From NCBI GenBank assembly GCA_964462035.1, contig CAYXAP010000021.1, positions 42,688 to 106,687 on the forward strand: a stretch of 64,000 nt of DNA, written 5' to 3'. Position numbers and translations under genes: made by a program. Each line of letters starts with the position of its first letter. The first letter of the stretch is position 1. This stretch comes from an uncultured Sandaracinus sp. (lineage in GTDB: Bacteria; Myxococcota_A; Polyangia; Polyangiales; Houyiibacteriaceae). Positions 1 to 9,353 of this stretch are shown one piece after another. The notes beneath the pieces are model-generated. The model had not been told where the DNA came from, made no database searches, and saw nothing but the letters and a program-made list of their open reading frames with translations.

Positions 1-615
1 ACCGTCGTTGGTGACGCAGACGGCGTAGGGGTTGCCGCCCAGCGTCACGGTCGCGGTGACCGAACGGCTGGCGGTGTCGATGACGCTCAGCGTCCCGTCG
101 ACCCAGTTGGTCACGTAGAGCGTCGCGCCCGTGGGGGAGAGCGCCGCGAGTCGCGGCTCGGAGCCCACGTCGATGGTGGTCGCCTCGCTCGGCGAGCTGC
201 CGTCGGCGCCGGTGATCACCGAGACCGTCTGGTCGGCCCGGTTCACCACGTAGGCCTCAGTCCCGTCGGGGGAGAAGGTCACCGAGGCGGGCTCGTCGCC
301 CACGTCCACGCGACCACGCTCGGTCAGGGTGCTGGCTTCGAAGAAGGTGACGCTGTCGGAGGCGAAGTTCGCGACCGCGAGGGTGTCCCCGACCTCGGCG
401 GCGGCGACGGTCGAGCCCTGGCTGGGCAGGCTGGCGACCGCGTCCACGCCCCCGTCCTCGACGGCTGCGTCCTCTTCGATGGCCGCGTCGTCGCCGCCAC
501 CGCCGCCGTCCTCGGCGCCGGCGTCCATGCCGTCGCCCGTATCGCCATCGTCATCGCCGCACGCAGCTACGCAAAGTAGCCCCACGCACATCCACCTAAG
601 CCAATTCAAACGCAT
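1..615 (-). CDS. YVTN/YncE-type beta-propeller lipoprotein (3' end outside window)
   Basis: Own translation from ATG 615 (GGAGG upstream): MRLNWLRWMCVGLLCVAAC-GDDD lipobox, then repeats such as VGDEPASVTFSPDGTEAYVVN and VGSEPRLAALSPTGATLYVTN. Confidence 0.8.
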   Translation of the reverse strand, partial: MRLNWLRWMCVGLLCVAACGDDDGDTGDGMDAGAEDGGGGGDDAAIEEDAAVEDGGVDAVASLPSQGSTVAAAEVGDTLAVANFASDSVTFFEASTLTERGRVDVGDEPASVTFSPDGTEAYVVNRADQTVSVITGADGSSPSEATTIDVGSEPRLAALSPTGATLYVTNWVDGTLSVIDTASRSVTATVTLGGNPYAVCVTNDG

Positions 616-709
616 CGCGTCGCCTCCGGAGTTCGTTTCCAACTCCTGGCAATGTGGTCCGCGAGCGCGTTCAGGCGGAGTTAAACCGGGTAAAACCCCC
701 GGCGGGTGG

Positions 710-976
710 CTACATCAGCTCGGGGATCGCTCGCCAGAGCCGGTCGGTGAAGCGCAGCAGCTGGCCGCCCATCCAGCCCCCGGCGACCACCAGCACGGTC
801 GCGACCGCGACGAGCTTGGGCACGAAGGAGAGCGTCTGCTCCTGCACCTGCGTGACCGCCTGGAGCAGGCCTACGACGAGACCGATGGCCAGCGCGACCA
901 AGAGCGGCGGACCCGACACCAGGAGCACCAGGTAGAGGGTCTCGGCGGTCAAACGGGTCAGCTCGGCCGGGTCCAT
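710..976 (-). CDS. FliQ/SctS (EscS/YscS) family type III export apparatus subunit
   Basis: 88 aa, two hydrophobic helices, signature GLLQAVTQVQEQTLSFVPKL; flagellar vs injectisome type not resolvable. Confidence 0.9.
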   Translation of the reverse strand: MDPAELTRLTAETLYLVLLVSGPPLLVALAIGLVVGLLQAVTQVQEQTLSFVPKLVAVATVLVVAGGWMGGQLLRFTDRLWRAIPELM

Positions 977-1059
977 GCTCCGACCCTAAACGATCCGTCT
1001 GGGTGCAGTCGCGCACAACTTTGCCGTTTCTGCTCCAAATCTGGCACGATCACCCCTGC

Positions 1060-1365
1060 ATGTCGGACGACGAAGACGACGACGACTTCATGAGCCACGC
1101 GGCCGACGAGCCGACGGCGATGTGGGGAGGCGACATGCTGGAGCAGCTGGGGCTCGACCGTGCGCCGAGCGAGCCACCCAAGGCACCCGCGCAGCCGTCG
1201 AGCTCGAGCGGGTCTTCCGTGCAGGTCTCGCTGAGCTCCGATGCCTCCACGCCGGCGCCGAAGAAAGCCGCTCCGAAGAGTCAGGCGGTCCAGTGGGCCG
1301 TGCTGATCGTCGGTGCGCTCGCGCTCGCCGCGGTCGCGTTCTTCGTCGTTCGCGCGCTGCGCTGA
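1060..1365 (+). CDS. Small tail-anchored hypothetical membrane protein
   Basis: Acidic N-terminus (MSDDEDDDDF..DEPTAMW), Pro/Ser linker, single C-terminal TM helix; ATG 1060 preferred over 1003. Confidence 0.6.
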   Translation: MSDDEDDDDFMSHAADEPTAMWGGDMLEQLGLDRAPSEPPKAPAQPSSSSGSSVQVSLSSDASTPAPKKAAPKSQAVQWAVLIVGALALAAVAFFVVRALR

Positions 1366-1367
1366 GC

Positions 1368-2936
1368 TCAGCCGCTCGGCGAGAACACGACCGGGAAGCG
1401 GGTCTCGCCGCCGCCAGACGAGGGCGGGAAGCGCCACCGGCGCACGGTTCGCTCGAGGCAGGCCTTTAGCCCGTTGAAGTCGTTGCCGCTCGCGGAGACT
1501 CGGGTGACCGTGCCGGACGCACCGACCCGGACGTCGATGTCCATTCGAACGCTCGGCGCGTCCGGCGCTCCGCGGATCGCCGTCTCGTAGCAGCGCTGGA
1601 GCGCGCGACGGTTGGTTGCCGCACCGACTACTCGGCGAACGGCGCTCGCGTCGAGCTGCTCGCGGCTGCTCGAACCGCCCGAGCCGACGTTCACGCTCAT
1701 GAGCGAGGGACCTCCGGAGGTGTCGCTCCCGCCGTAGCGGTCGAGGAGCGCTTGCTGAGCAGCCGTGAGCATCTCGCTGCTCCCGCTCATCGTCGTGGTG
1801 GCCATCGCGGTCGTCGTGCCCGCGCGACGCATGGTCGTCGGGGGCGCGTCGTCGGTCTCTTCGGGCTCTTCGCCTTCTTCGGGCTCCTCGCCCTCTGCGG
1901 GCTCTTCACCCTCTTCCGGCATCTCGAGGTCGCCCTCGTCGAACTCGAGGTCCGGGCCGAGCGGCTCTTCCTCGGCCAAGGGGTCGTTGGACGCCACCTC
2001 GGCGGGCGGATCGTCCGGGAACAGCTTCTTGCCGGCGACGATCGCCAGGGCGACACCGAACGCGCCGACGCCCACGAGCGCGAGGAGCAGGCCCGGCGGT
2101 AGCCCACGTGAGGTGGGCTGAGCCGGCTGGCTCGGGGCGGGCGTCAGCGACGGCGACGAGTGATCGGCGGTCGGAGGCGCGGCGAAGGCTCCGGCGGCAG
2201 CGACCTCGGGCTCCCCGATCGGCAGCGGCGTGAGATCGGGGGCGGAGCCCTCTGCCGTCGCGGCCGAGGGAGGCGGCGCCATCACGGTCTTCTCGTCGTC
2301 GTCGTCGAAGCCCGGCGTGGCCCCTGCGCCCATCCGCCCGCCGATCGGGACGACGTTCGAGCGCCCGGAGGCTTCCTTCTTGGCGGGCGGCCGTGGGGCC
2401 GTGCGCGCGCCGGTCGCCGGACGGGGCGGTGGTGCCGGGACGCGGCGCGACGCCAACAGGCTCACCAGCTCGGGCACCTGCTCGAGCGGCTTCCAATCGT
2501 CCATGCCCTCGCGCCAGCAGAGGCTCTTGGCGTGGACGGCGCCGGTGCCGATCTTCCGCGCGAGCTCGTCGCGCTTGATCGGTCCGACGGGGACGTCGTT
2601 GATCGCGGCGTACCACTCGACCTTGGCGGCCTGCGGGGCCGGTTCGGGGGCCAACGAGCCGCCTCGGCGGAACTCGGCCCCCAGGGCGCTCGCAGCGGCG
2701 GGGGCCGGTCGGCTCACCGGCCGCGGGCCCACGCTGGAGCCACCACGTCGCTTCGGAGCCGGCTTCACGCTGGAGCCACCGCGCCGGGAGGGAGCCTTGG
2801 GGGCTGCCGCCTCCTGTGGACCCTGGATGAGGATGGGGTGCTCGCACTTGCGGCACTTCATCTTCAGGGTCCGACCCCGGATCTTCTCATCCGGGATCTG
2901 GTACTTGGCCTTGCAGTTGTCGCAGAGGAACTTCAT
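1368..2936 (-). CDS. GltJ/AgmX-like protein: zinc ribbon + GYF_2 + TM + AgmX/PglI (TonB_C-like) C-terminal domain
   Basis: CDNC...CRKC zinc ribbon, WYAAINDVPVGP...CWREGMDDW GYF_2, TM helix, C-terminal LQRCYE...CLERTVRRWRFP. Confidence 0.8.
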   Translation of the reverse strand: MKFLCDNCKAKYQIPDEKIRGRTLKMKCRKCEHPILIQGPQEAAAPKAPSRRGGSSVKPAPKRRGGSSVGPRPVSRPAPAAASALGAEFRRGGSLAPEPAPQAAKVEWYAAINDVPVGPIKRDELARKIGTGAVHAKSLCWREGMDDWKPLEQVPELVSLLASRRVPAPPPRPATGARTAPRPPAKKEASGRSNVVPIGGRMGAGATPGFDDDDEKTVMAPPPSAATAEGSAPDLTPLPIGEPEVAAAGAFAAPPTADHSSPSLTPAPSQPAQPTSRGLPPGLLLALVGVGAFGVALAIVAGKKLFPDDPPAEVASNDPLAEEEPLGPDLEFDEGDLEMPEEGEEPAEGEEPEEGEEPEETDDAPPTTMRRAGTTTAMATTTMSGSSEMLTAAQQALLDRYGGSDTSGGPSLMSVNVGSGGSSSREQLDASAVRRVVGAATNRRALQRCYETAIRGAPDAPSVRMDIDVRVGASGTVTRVSASGNDFNGLKACLERTVRRWRFPPSSGGGETRFPVVFSPSG

Positions 2937-3067
2937 CGGGGACAGGTTCGCGGGGGACTATAGACCATCGGGGGTGTGGCGATCGAACGCCCTGGTCGCG
3001 GATGGCCCACCGAGCTCTTCCGAAACGCCGCGGCCATGAGTTCTTGGGCCCGGAAGCGGGATGCGGC

Positions 3068-4534
3068 TCAAAGCAGGCCCATCAGGTGTTCTTTGATTCC
3101 CTCGCGCGTGTCGTCGTCCGGCGCGGCGCCCAGGCTCCGCTCCCACATCTCGACCGCTTTGTGTTTGAAGCCGGCCCGCTGGTAGAGGATCGCGAGGTTT
3201 TTCAGGGCGCTGAAGTTGCGCGGCTGTAGGTCGACCGCGGTCTCCAGCTCGTGGATCGCGGCGAAGACGTCGTCCCGTCGACCGCAGAGCAGGCCCAGGT
3301 GGTAGTGGAGCTGGAAGCTCAGCGGGTCGATCGAGAGCCCGGACCGGAGCTTCTCGATCGCGCCATCGAGGTCGCCCTTCCGGTAGAGGTCCATCCCCTT
3401 CTCGAGCGCGTCGCTCGCCTCCCGACTGAGCATGTCGTCCATCGGAAGCTCGGAAGCGCGCCCCTCGAGCACGCGCTCCACGTGAGCGACGACCTCCGAG
3501 ATCTTGAAGGGCTTCTCCAGGAAGGCATCGACGCCGTAGGAGTTCCGCAGGTCCTCTGCGACGCGCCAGCCCCGGTAGACGGCGCTCACCATGATGATCG
3601 GGATGTGGCCGTAGCGCTTGGACCCCTTGATGCGTCGGCAGATGTCGAAGCCGTGGACCTCGGGGAGCATGGCGTCGAGGAGGATCACGTCGGGCGTGTT
3701 CTCCCGCACCAACTGGAGCGCGGCGAGGCCCTTGCTGGCTTCGAGGACTTCGAAGCCCTTCTTCTGCAGGACCCGGCTCAGCATCTTCCGAATGTCGTCC
3801 TCGTCGTCGACGATGAGGATCTTCGGGTTGATGGGCCGCTCCTTGCGGATGTGGTCCGTGGGCAGTGGGGCGACCTGTGACGCGAAGGGATCGTGGGGTG
3901 ACGCGGCCTTCTTGGTGAGCTCCGCCAGCCCGAGGTCGTCGTCATGGTCGAGCCCGTCGTCTTCGATGTCGCGGTCGACGACCACACCGGCGGGGGCCTT
4001 CGGAGGCTCCGACCGGATCTGCGTGGGCGCGAGCCCCAGCGACTCCAGATAGTCCTTGGGAACCGTGGGGCCGATGTAGTGCTCCTCGCCGGTGCCTCGC
4101 AGACCGTACGCCTTGGTGATGACCTCCTGGAGCGAGTCGTGGAGGGCGACGTAGGGGAAGACCCGGCGACCGGTGACGAACTCGATCTCCTCGATGACCC
4201 GCTTGTCCGCGGGGTCCGACATCGCCAGGAAGACGCGGTCGGCCTTGACGAGGATCGGGAGGATCAGGTGCTGCTTGGCGACGTCTTCCGGGACCAGCTC
4301 CAGGTTCTGGAGCGGGACCACGACCTGATCGAGATCGATACCCGGGACGCCGTGCTGCTCGCTCAGCGCCTTCAGCAGGCTCTTCGGTGAGACGGAGCCA
4401 GACCGCTGCGCGACGGACGCCAGCCGGTGGCCTGGTTCGGACTTCTGCCGTTCCAACAGCCTGTCGAGCTCGTCCGGGGTGACGGCACGTTGCTTCAGCA
4501 GGATCTTGCCGAGCTTCTTCTTGTCGCCACTCAT
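3068..4534 (-). CDS. MshEN/T2SSE_N + receiver + TPR response regulator
   Basis: KLGKILLKQ..LERQ MshEN-like start, LAMSDP, receiver ILIVDD..LLDAMLP..KPF, C-terminal TPR helices. Confidence 0.85.
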   Translation of the reverse strand: MSGDKKKLGKILLKQRAVTPDELDRLLERQKSEPGHRLASVAQRSGSVSPKSLLKALSEQHGVPGIDLDQVVVPLQNLELVPEDVAKQHLILPILVKADRVFLAMSDPADKRVIEEIEFVTGRRVFPYVALHDSLQEVITKAYGLRGTGEEHYIGPTVPKDYLESLGLAPTQIRSEPPKAPAGVVVDRDIEDDGLDHDDDLGLAELTKKAASPHDPFASQVAPLPTDHIRKERPINPKILIVDDEDDIRKMLSRVLQKKGFEVLEASKGLAALQLVRENTPDVILLDAMLPEVHGFDICRRIKGSKRYGHIPIIMVSAVYRGWRVAEDLRNSYGVDAFLEKPFKISEVVAHVERVLEGRASELPMDDMLSREASDALEKGMDLYRKGDLDGAIEKLRSGLSIDPLSFQLHYHLGLLCGRRDDVFAAIHELETAVDLQPRNFSALKNLAILYQRAGFKHKAVEMWERSLGAAPDDDTREGIKEHLMGLL

Positions 4535-4592
4535 GCGGGGCGACGGAACCCTAGCCGACTCGGAGGGCGGGGTTCAACGAGATCCGGAATTC

Positions 4593-5084
4593 CTACATGC
4601 CGGAGAGGATGCGGAACTCGTCCTCACCCTCGGGGTCGGCCAGCTTCTGGAGTACCAACCGGTGGTTGGCCAGGCGGCGCGACCACTGCTCGTCCTCGGT
4701 CGCGGGTCGCTGGATGTGGAACGAGCCACCGTAGCGAATCTCCACATAGACCCGGTCGTTGGGCGCGTAGCTGACGCGGCGATAGCTGATGTCATAGCGG
4801 ACATCGTCCACGCGCCGAGCCCAGAGCGTGAGGTTCTCTCGAAGGGTGTCGTAGTCGATGTCGTCCGCCCCGCCGGGGGTGCCGTTGTCATCGAGGTAGT
4901 GAGGCGACGCCAGCTCGAGCAGCCGACGGACGTCGCGCTCCTCCATGGCCTTCCGATACTCCTCCATGAACGCCACCACGGACCGGTTCTCCGCCGTGTC
5001 TTCGACGGTGGTGTTCGGGATGGTCTGGGCGCAGCCAGCGGTGAGAGCCAGTGCGAGGGCGAGGATGGCGGGTCGGATGAGCAT
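4593..5084 (-). CDS. Lipoprotein, probable NTF2/SnoaL-like fold
   Basis: MLIRPAILALALALTAGC lipobox; YRKAMEERDV..LLELASPHY pattern typical of NTF2-like domains. Confidence 0.6.
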   Translation of the reverse strand: MLIRPAILALALALTAGCAQTIPNTTVEDTAENRSVVAFMEEYRKAMEERDVRRLLELASPHYLDDNGTPGGADDIDYDTLRENLTLWARRVDDVRYDISYRRVSYAPNDRVYVEIRYGGSFHIQRPATEDEQWSRRLANHRLVLQKLADPEGEDEFRILSGM

Positions 5085-5150
5085 GGGGCGCTGTCGAACG
5101 CGAGGCGGGGGAGAAGTCATTCCCTCGGTCGCGAATTTCGTTGGCAACGT

Positions 5151-6632
5151 TTAGCGCGTTGGCCGGTCTTGGCAAAGGAAGCGGCGCCGCCGGACCCAGA
5201 AGACGGCGATCCCGATGCCCAGAATGGCACCAAATGGGGGTGGATCCTTGCTGACGCTGCAGCTGTTGGGTCGTTCCGTGACCACGACGGTGGCGCTGGC
5301 GGTCCGTTTCGCCGCCCCACGGGGCCCGATGGCGAGCGCGTGGAGCTCGTGGTGCTCGAGCCAGCGGAAGCGCACCGGGACCTCTCGGATTCCGGCTTCC
5401 TCGACGAAGGCGGAGCCGTCCTCTTCCCAGGCCATGGCTACCCGGCCGTCACTCCGGACCCGAACGGGCGTGGGCGCGTGGGTCGTGGGCTCGCCCAGGA
5501 CGGTCACCTCAAGGGTGGGCTCGCTGGGCTCCAGTCGTCGGGGAGTCACGTGGGCCCGCGGGGCGACGGTCCAGAGCCCGACCACGCTCGCGCGGTGGCC
5601 GACCGGCCGCACCGGCGTGCCCGGCCAGAACCCGACGCGCTCGCGGGCGCCTTCGAGGGTCAGCCCGCGCGGTCCTTCCGGGAAGACCACGCGCACCTGG
5701 AGGGGAACCCCCGCTCGGTTCTCCCAGCGGTCGTCGCCGATTCGTTCCAGCCCGGCGCTGGGGATGGCGGCTTCGTCACCGTCCGCGTCGCGGTAGTGGC
5801 CGGGGGGCGGTGCCGCGGGGGCGTCGAGGGGCTCGGCGCCGACCCGCTCCACGGCGACCCGAAAGGGAACGTGGGGGTCGTCGCAGCCCCCGGAGACCAG
5901 CAGTCGGTCACCGACGCGGACCGCGAAAGTGTGCGCGAGGTCGAGCCAGGGAAGGGCGATGCGTGACGCCGACGCCGACTCCGACTCCGACTCCGACTCC
6001 GACTCCGACTCCGACTCCGAGCTCCGAGCACCGACCTCCGACTCCCACTCCCGCGAGTCCAACAGCCACACGTCGACCGGCAGCCGGGCGAGCGCCGCGG
6101 CCTCCGCCGGCGTCGGTCGGGTCGCCAGCCGGGCGATGCGTGCGCCGCCGACCCCGACCCGCAGTGACGAGGGGGCGTGGACTTCTTCGCTGCCGGGCGA
6201 GCGCACCTTCAGGTCGTAGGTCCCGGGCGCGAGCCAGGGCGGGAGCTCGACGGTCGCCCGATAGACCAACGTGGAGTGGCCGTCCGGGCGCACGTCGGCG
6301 ACGCGCAGCCGATAGTGGTGGCGCGCGTCGGCGACCGAGAGCGTGTCGGTCCCCACCAGCTCGACGTACCACCCGGCCAGCGCTCGCTCCTGCTGCACGC
6401 CGGGCGGCGGTGTGAGCGCCGTCGGGACCCGGACCCGCATCGTCAGCGACTCGCCCGCTTCGGCGAAGGCCGGCAGGCCGGGCCGCGGGTAGAGCAGCTC
6501 GCTGGGACCCGAGCGCCGCGGAGCGTCGCCCATCGCGCACGTGGGGTGCACGGCGAGCCAGTCCGCGCGCGCCGTCGGGACGACGGCGAAGCCGACCAGC
6601 GTCAGCGCCGCGATGCGTGAGTGCGAGAGCAA
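5151..6632 (-). CDS. Secreted protein with MYXO-CTERM-like C-terminal anchor
   Basis: Signal peptide (ARA-D), internal (SE)n tract, C-terminal SCSV + hydrophobic helix + RRRR. Confidence 0.65.
   Translation of the reverse strand: MLSHSRIAALTLVGFAVVPTARADWLAVHPTCAMGDAPRRSGPSELLYPRPGLPAFAEAGESLTMRVRVPTALTPPPGVQQERALAGWYVELVGTDTLSVADARHHYRLRVADVRPDGHSTLVYRATVELPPWLAPGTYDLKVRSPGSEEVHAPSSLRVGVGGARIARLATRPTPAEAAALARLPVDVWLLDSREWESEVGARSSESESESESESESESASASRIALPWLDLAHTFAVRVGDRLLVSGGCDDPHVPFRVAVERVGAEPLDAPAAPPPGHYRDADGDEAAIPSAGLERIGDDRWENRAGVPLQVRVVFPEGPRGLTLEGARERVGFWPGTPVRPVGHRASVVGLWTVAPRAHVTPRRLEPSEPTLEVTVLGEPTTHAPTPVRVRSDGRVAMAWEEDGSAFVEEAGIREVPVRFRWLEHHELHALAIGPRGAAKRTASATVVVTERPNSCSVSKDPPPFGAILGIGIAVFWVRRRRFLCQDRPTR
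5977..6018. repeat. (GACTCC)x7 hexamer microsatellite encoding an SE tract
   Basis: Seven perfect copies read directly, in frame within CDS 5151-6632. Confidence 0.9.
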
Positions 6633-6633
6633 A

Positions 6634-7392
6634 CTACTGCAGCAGGAAGAGGACGATCACGTCGTAGATGGCGTGAGAGTAGACCGCGACCGCGAATCCG
6701 CGGAAGCGGAAGACGAGCGTGAGGAAGACGCCCGCCAGGAAGCGGAAGACGAAGCTCGCGATGGTGAACTCGTCACCGAGCGCGCCGATGTAGTGGATGC
6801 CCGAGAAGATCGCGGAGCTGACCACCAGCGCCGTCACCCATGACCACGTCGCGCGCACGTTCAGCACCCGGCGAAGGAAGAACGCGAGGCCTCCGAAGAG
6901 GATGACCCGGAAGACCAGCTCCTCGTGGAAGCCGGCGCCCGCGCTCATCACGAGCTTGTCGATCGGACCCATCGGCTCCGCCGCGAGCTGCAGCGTCTCG
7001 ATCATCCCGGGGATGAGCTTGGCGGTGGCCCAGCCCACGGTGACCGAGAGCCCGATCGCCCAGAGCGTGCTCTCCGCCAGCACCGGCACGAAGGCGAAGA
7101 CCCGCGCCTTGCCCTTCTTCCGGAGGTAGAAGCCCGCGCCGATGAGCGCCGCCGCGATGGCGACCGTGACCCCCACGTAGACCCCCACGCTCTGCTTCAG
7201 GATCCCGAAGAAGACCGTGCTCGCCATGTCGACGCCGTTGCGGCGGTCCATGAAGAGGATGCCGAGGTGGTAGATCAGGAAGACCGGCACCACGAGCACC
7301 AGGCTGGTCAACGGGTCGTAGCGCTTCAGCCACGGCCGCCCCTTCTTGGGCTCCGCGCCGGCGCTCTTCGTGCTCGGTCCGGCCTCGCTCAT
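6634..7392 (-). CDS. CPBP (Abi/CAAX Rce1-like) intramembrane glutamic protease
   Basis: Multi-TM; motifs HEELVFR, FSGIH, HAIYD. Confidence 0.9.
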   Translation of the reverse strand: MSEAGPSTKSAGAEPKKGRPWLKRYDPLTSLVLVVPVFLIYHLGILFMDRRNGVDMASTVFFGILKQSVGVYVGVTVAIAAALIGAGFYLRKKGKARVFAFVPVLAESTLWAIGLSVTVGWATAKLIPGMIETLQLAAEPMGPIDKLVMSAGAGFHEELVFRVILFGGLAFFLRRVLNVRATWSWVTALVVSSAIFSGIHYIGALGDEFTIASFVFRFLAGVFLTLVFRFRGFAVAVYSHAIYDVIVLFLLQ

Positions 7393-7459
7393 GATCCCGT
7401 TGTAACCAACAACACCACGCGTGGCTCGGAAGTTCCGTGCCAGACCGCGGGTGGCGGGA

Positions 7460-7954
7460 TCACTCGAGCTTGAGCAGGAGGGCGCCGCCCTCGACCGCCT
7501 GGCCCTCGTCGACCTCGATGGCGGCGATCTTCCCGGCGATCTCGGTGCGGAGCTCGTTCTCCATCTTCATGGCCTCGACCACGATCACCGGCGTTCCGGC
7601 CTCGACCTCGTCGCCCGTGGCCACCAGGATCTTCACCACGCGGCCGGGCATCGGGGACCGAACCTCGGTGGAGTCTCCCGCGGCGGCGCCCTTCTTCTTG
7701 CGGGAGCGGTTCCGCTCCGACTCGACCTTCGCGGTCGCTCGCAGCGGACCGGCGGCGACGTCCATCGCCTCGGCGGGGCCACCGACCATCACGTCGTAGA
7801 CCTTGCCGCCCAGGGTGAGGCTCACGCCGCCCGGAATGCGCCGGATGTCGGCGTCGACGGGCTCACCGTCCATGGTGACGGCGACCGAGCCGCCGGGGGC
7901 GATCTGGACGTCGATGTCTCGCTCGGATCCTTCGAGGGTCACGCGGTAGCGCAT
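7460..7954 (-). CDS. Biotin carboxyl carrier (biotinyl domain) protein
   Basis: SPMPGRVVK...EAMKMENE biotinylation motif; ATG 7954. Confidence 0.9.
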   Translation of the reverse strand: MRYRVTLEGSERDIDVQIAPGGSVAVTMDGEPVDADIRRIPGGVSLTLGGKVYDVMVGGPAEAMDVAAGPLRATAKVESERNRSRKKKGAAAGDSTEVRSPMPGRVVKILVATGDEVEAGTPVIVVEAMKMENELRTEIAGKIAAIEVDEGQAVEGGALLLKLE

Positions 7955-8047
7955 TACGCGCCGCGTCATAGTGGATGGCGGGCCCGGGGGCAACGGGGCG
8001 GGCGGATCATGGCGTCCGCCCGCACTTGTTCCATACTGGCGGGCTCC

Positions 8048-9298
8048 GTGTCCTCGTCGAACGTCAGCCGGATGCTCTGCCTGCTCGCCGCCCTCGTGGT
8101 GGCCGCGCTGCTCCTGCCGTCGTCGACGGCGCTCGCCGAGCGACACCACACCGTCCGCTCCGGCCAGACCCTCGCCGCCATCGCACGTCGCTACCGGGTC
8201 TCGGTCCAGGACCTGCGCGCGGCCAACCAGCTGCGCTCCGCTCGGCTACGGCCGGGACAGTCGCTGAAGATCCCCGACCGCCACACCACCTACGTGCGCC
8301 GCGGCGAGACCCTCAGCCACATCGCGCATCGGATGCACGTCAGCGTGAGCGAGCTGCGCCGCGCCAACCGGCTGCGACGCAACGCGCGCATCCGCCCTGG
8401 CCAGCGCCTGGTGATGCCCGGCTACACGCCGGCCGAGCAGATGAACCGCGACTACGGCGACCCCGACCACCCCGGTCGCGTGACGCTGCTTCGTCGCGAC
8501 GAGCGGCGAGAGGTGCAGCTCCTCGATTCCGAAGGGCGCGTGCTCGAAGAAGGGCTGCGAGTCCTGAGCGAGCTCCTGCAGCGGAGCGAGGACGACACCC
8601 GGGCCGTCGACGCCAACCCGCGCCTGGCCGTGCTGCTGGCGCGCATCAGCGATCACTTCGGCGGTCGGCCCATCCGCATCGTGAGCGGCTTCCGGTCGGC
8701 GGGCGGACGCACGCGCGAGTCGAGCCGGCACACCAAGGGCCGCGCGACCGACATCCGTGTGCACGGGGTCCCGCACCGCGTGGTCTGGGAGTACTGCCGC
8801 CGCATCGACCACGCCGGCTGCGGCTACTACCCGCGCAGCACCTTCGTCCACGTCGATGCCCGGCGCCTTCGCACGCAGTGGGTCGACTGGAGCCGCCCGG
8901 GACGGCGTGCGCGCTACGGGACCCTGAACGGGCCGGCCAATCGCCGCCGCCGTCGCCGGATGCCGCGGCCCCGCGTCGACCAAGATCTCGAGCTCGAGGT
9001 ACGCATCGTCGACGCGAGCGGCGTGGAGCGTCCCTTCGTGGATCGGCCGGGGGTCGAGGCGCATGACATGGACGGCGCCGAGGGTGACCTCGGGCCGGTG
9101 GGCGAGCTGCTCGCCGAGCTCTCCAGCCAGCCGGCGGCGGTCCGTTCGATCGCCCTGCGCTTCGGCGGACCGAGTCTGATGCCGCTCGCCGGGCTGGCCG
9201 AGGAACCGGATCCGGAAGAGGTGGACGAGGTCGACGACGAAGCGCTGGCCGAAGAGACCGAGGTCGAGGGCGACGACTCCGACCGCGACGACGCCTGA
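8048..9298 (+). CDS. LysM x2 + peptidase M15A/YcbK(MepK)-like peptidoglycan endopeptidase
   Basis: Signal peptide, HTVRSGQTLAAIARRY and YVRRGETLSHIA LysM domains, SGFRS, SRHTKGRATD, FVHVD; start uncertain (8009/8048/8072). Confidence 0.85.
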   Translation: MSSSNVSRMLCLLAALVVAALLLPSSTALAERHHTVRSGQTLAAIARRYRVSVQDLRAANQLRSARLRPGQSLKIPDRHTTYVRRGETLSHIAHRMHVSVSELRRANRLRRNARIRPGQRLVMPGYTPAEQMNRDYGDPDHPGRVTLLRRDERREVQLLDSEGRVLEEGLRVLSELLQRSEDDTRAVDANPRLAVLLARISDHFGGRPIRIVSGFRSAGGRTRESSRHTKGRATDIRVHGVPHRVVWEYCRRIDHAGCGYYPRSTFVHVDARRLRTQWVDWSRPGRRARYGTLNGPANRRRRRRMPRPRVDQDLELEVRIVDASGVERPFVDRPGVEAHDMDGAEGDLGPVGELLAELSSQPAAVRSIALRFGGPSLMPLAGLAEEPDPEEVDEVDDEALAEETEVEGDDSDRDDA

Positions 9299-9353
9299 CC
9301 TCGGTGCCGGGTCGAGCCCACTCGCTCAGCGACGGTGACCGACGTCGCGACCG

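Noticed and set aside
5977-6018. Hexamer repeat as a phase-variation switch
   Set aside because: Unit length is a multiple of three, so slippage only changes linker length; same for the GE and PEA tracts
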